From positions 1-45,047 of the forward strand of contig CAZEYV010000095.1 in the NCBI GenBank assembly GCA_964516705.1: DNA of 45,047 nt, given 5' to 3'. The stretch comes from an uncultured Chthoniobacter sp. (GTDB lineage: Bacteria > Verrucomicrobiota > Verrucomicrobiia > Chthoniobacterales > JACTMZ01). Below, one piece after another: positions 44,814-45,047 of this stretch; the first letter of the stretch is position 1; the number at the start of each line of letters is the position of its first letter. The notes under the pieces were generated by a model. That model was not told where the DNA came from, made no database searches, and worked only from the letters and a program-made list of their open reading frames with translations. The position numbers and the translations under genes are program-made.

Positions 44814-45047
44814 ATGTTCACGACTATCCGCAAGCACCAGCGCTGGCTCATGGTGCTCATCGCCTTCCTCACCATCATTGCGTTCGCGTTTTTGTACAAC
44901 ACCACTGAGATGGACCGGGTCGGCTCGAATATCGTGGCCCGTATTTACGGGCGGGACGTCATGACTGTGGATATCGAGCGGGCGGTCCGCGTCTACCAAC
45001 TGGCGCTCGCCTTGGGGCAGTTCGACCTGGTGCGCGATCTTGCCGGG
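44814..45047 (+). CDS. PpiD/SurA-N-like periplasmic chaperone (peptidyl-prolyl isomerase family), 5' fragment running off the window
   Basis: This ORF is not in the supplied track because it has no stop. My translation from ATG 44814 is MFTTIRKHQRWLMVLIAFLTIIAFAFLYNTTEMDRVGSNIVARIYGRDV.., a typical PpiD-type N-terminal anchor. The frame stays open to 45047. Confidence 0.5.
   Translation, partial: MFTTIRKHQRWLMVLIAFLTIIAFAFLYNTTEMDRVGSNIVARIYGRDVMTVDIERAVRVYQLALALGQFDLVRDLAG

Noticed and set aside
1-45047. Scan for tRNA/rRNA/tmRNA/RNase P/SRP RNA genes, CRISPR repeats, IS elements, integrases and recognisable defence genes
   Set aside because: No T-loop/acceptor signatures, regularly spaced direct repeats, transposase or integrase ORFs, or nuclease/helicase defence hallmarks were seen by eye. 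The only non-coding stretch longer than 150 nt is 11614-11984, which shows no known RNA motif. This is a manual scan and could miss divergent elements.

Overview
A 45-kb, visibly high-G+C, very gene-dense chromosomal segment. About 50 protein genes are supportable, many with 4-nt start/stop overlaps. The protein content suggests a Verrucomicrobia/PVC-type Gram-negative bacterium; this is an inference, not a search result. Most of the window is housekeeping. This includes DNA repair (polX, recR), isoprenoid (ispA), menaquinone (menB), shikimate (aroC, aroE) and biotin (bioC plus esterase) genes. It also includes glycolysis/TCA (pgi, mdh), translation (efp, rsmD, rluD-like) and a long envelope block on the minus strand (AsmA-like, waaA, kdsA, lptC-lptA-lptB) that runs directly into hprK-ptsH. 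I found no rRNA, tRNA, CRISPR array, transposase or integrase. The only accessory-looking stretch is a small lower-G+C islet at about 10.6-12.6 kb. It holds a frameshifted RelE/ParE-type toxin with an intact antitoxin, an orphan ORF, and a small secreted-protein gene flanked by two related palindromic hairpins. Five items merit a second look. (1) A tightly coupled cluster: Zn-ribbon Ser/Thr kinase, ClpX paralog lacking the zinc-binding domain, membrane protein with a degenerate cyclase-like domain, recR, and a serine hydrolase. (2) A 1164-aa protein that I tentatively recognise as a PPi-type PEP carboxykinase, lying near mdh and a gamma-carbonic anhydrase. (3) A stand-alone MEKHLA/PAS-like gene translationally coupled to bioG-like and bioC. 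(4) An ExbB-ExbD-ExbD-TPR module with a zinc-ribbon tail on ExbB and no TonB in the window. (5) An EF-P whose loop tip carries Asn instead of the modifiable Lys/Arg. All family calls come from reading motifs by eye; no alignments or database searches were run. Nothing here is demonstrably a new system from sequence alone.
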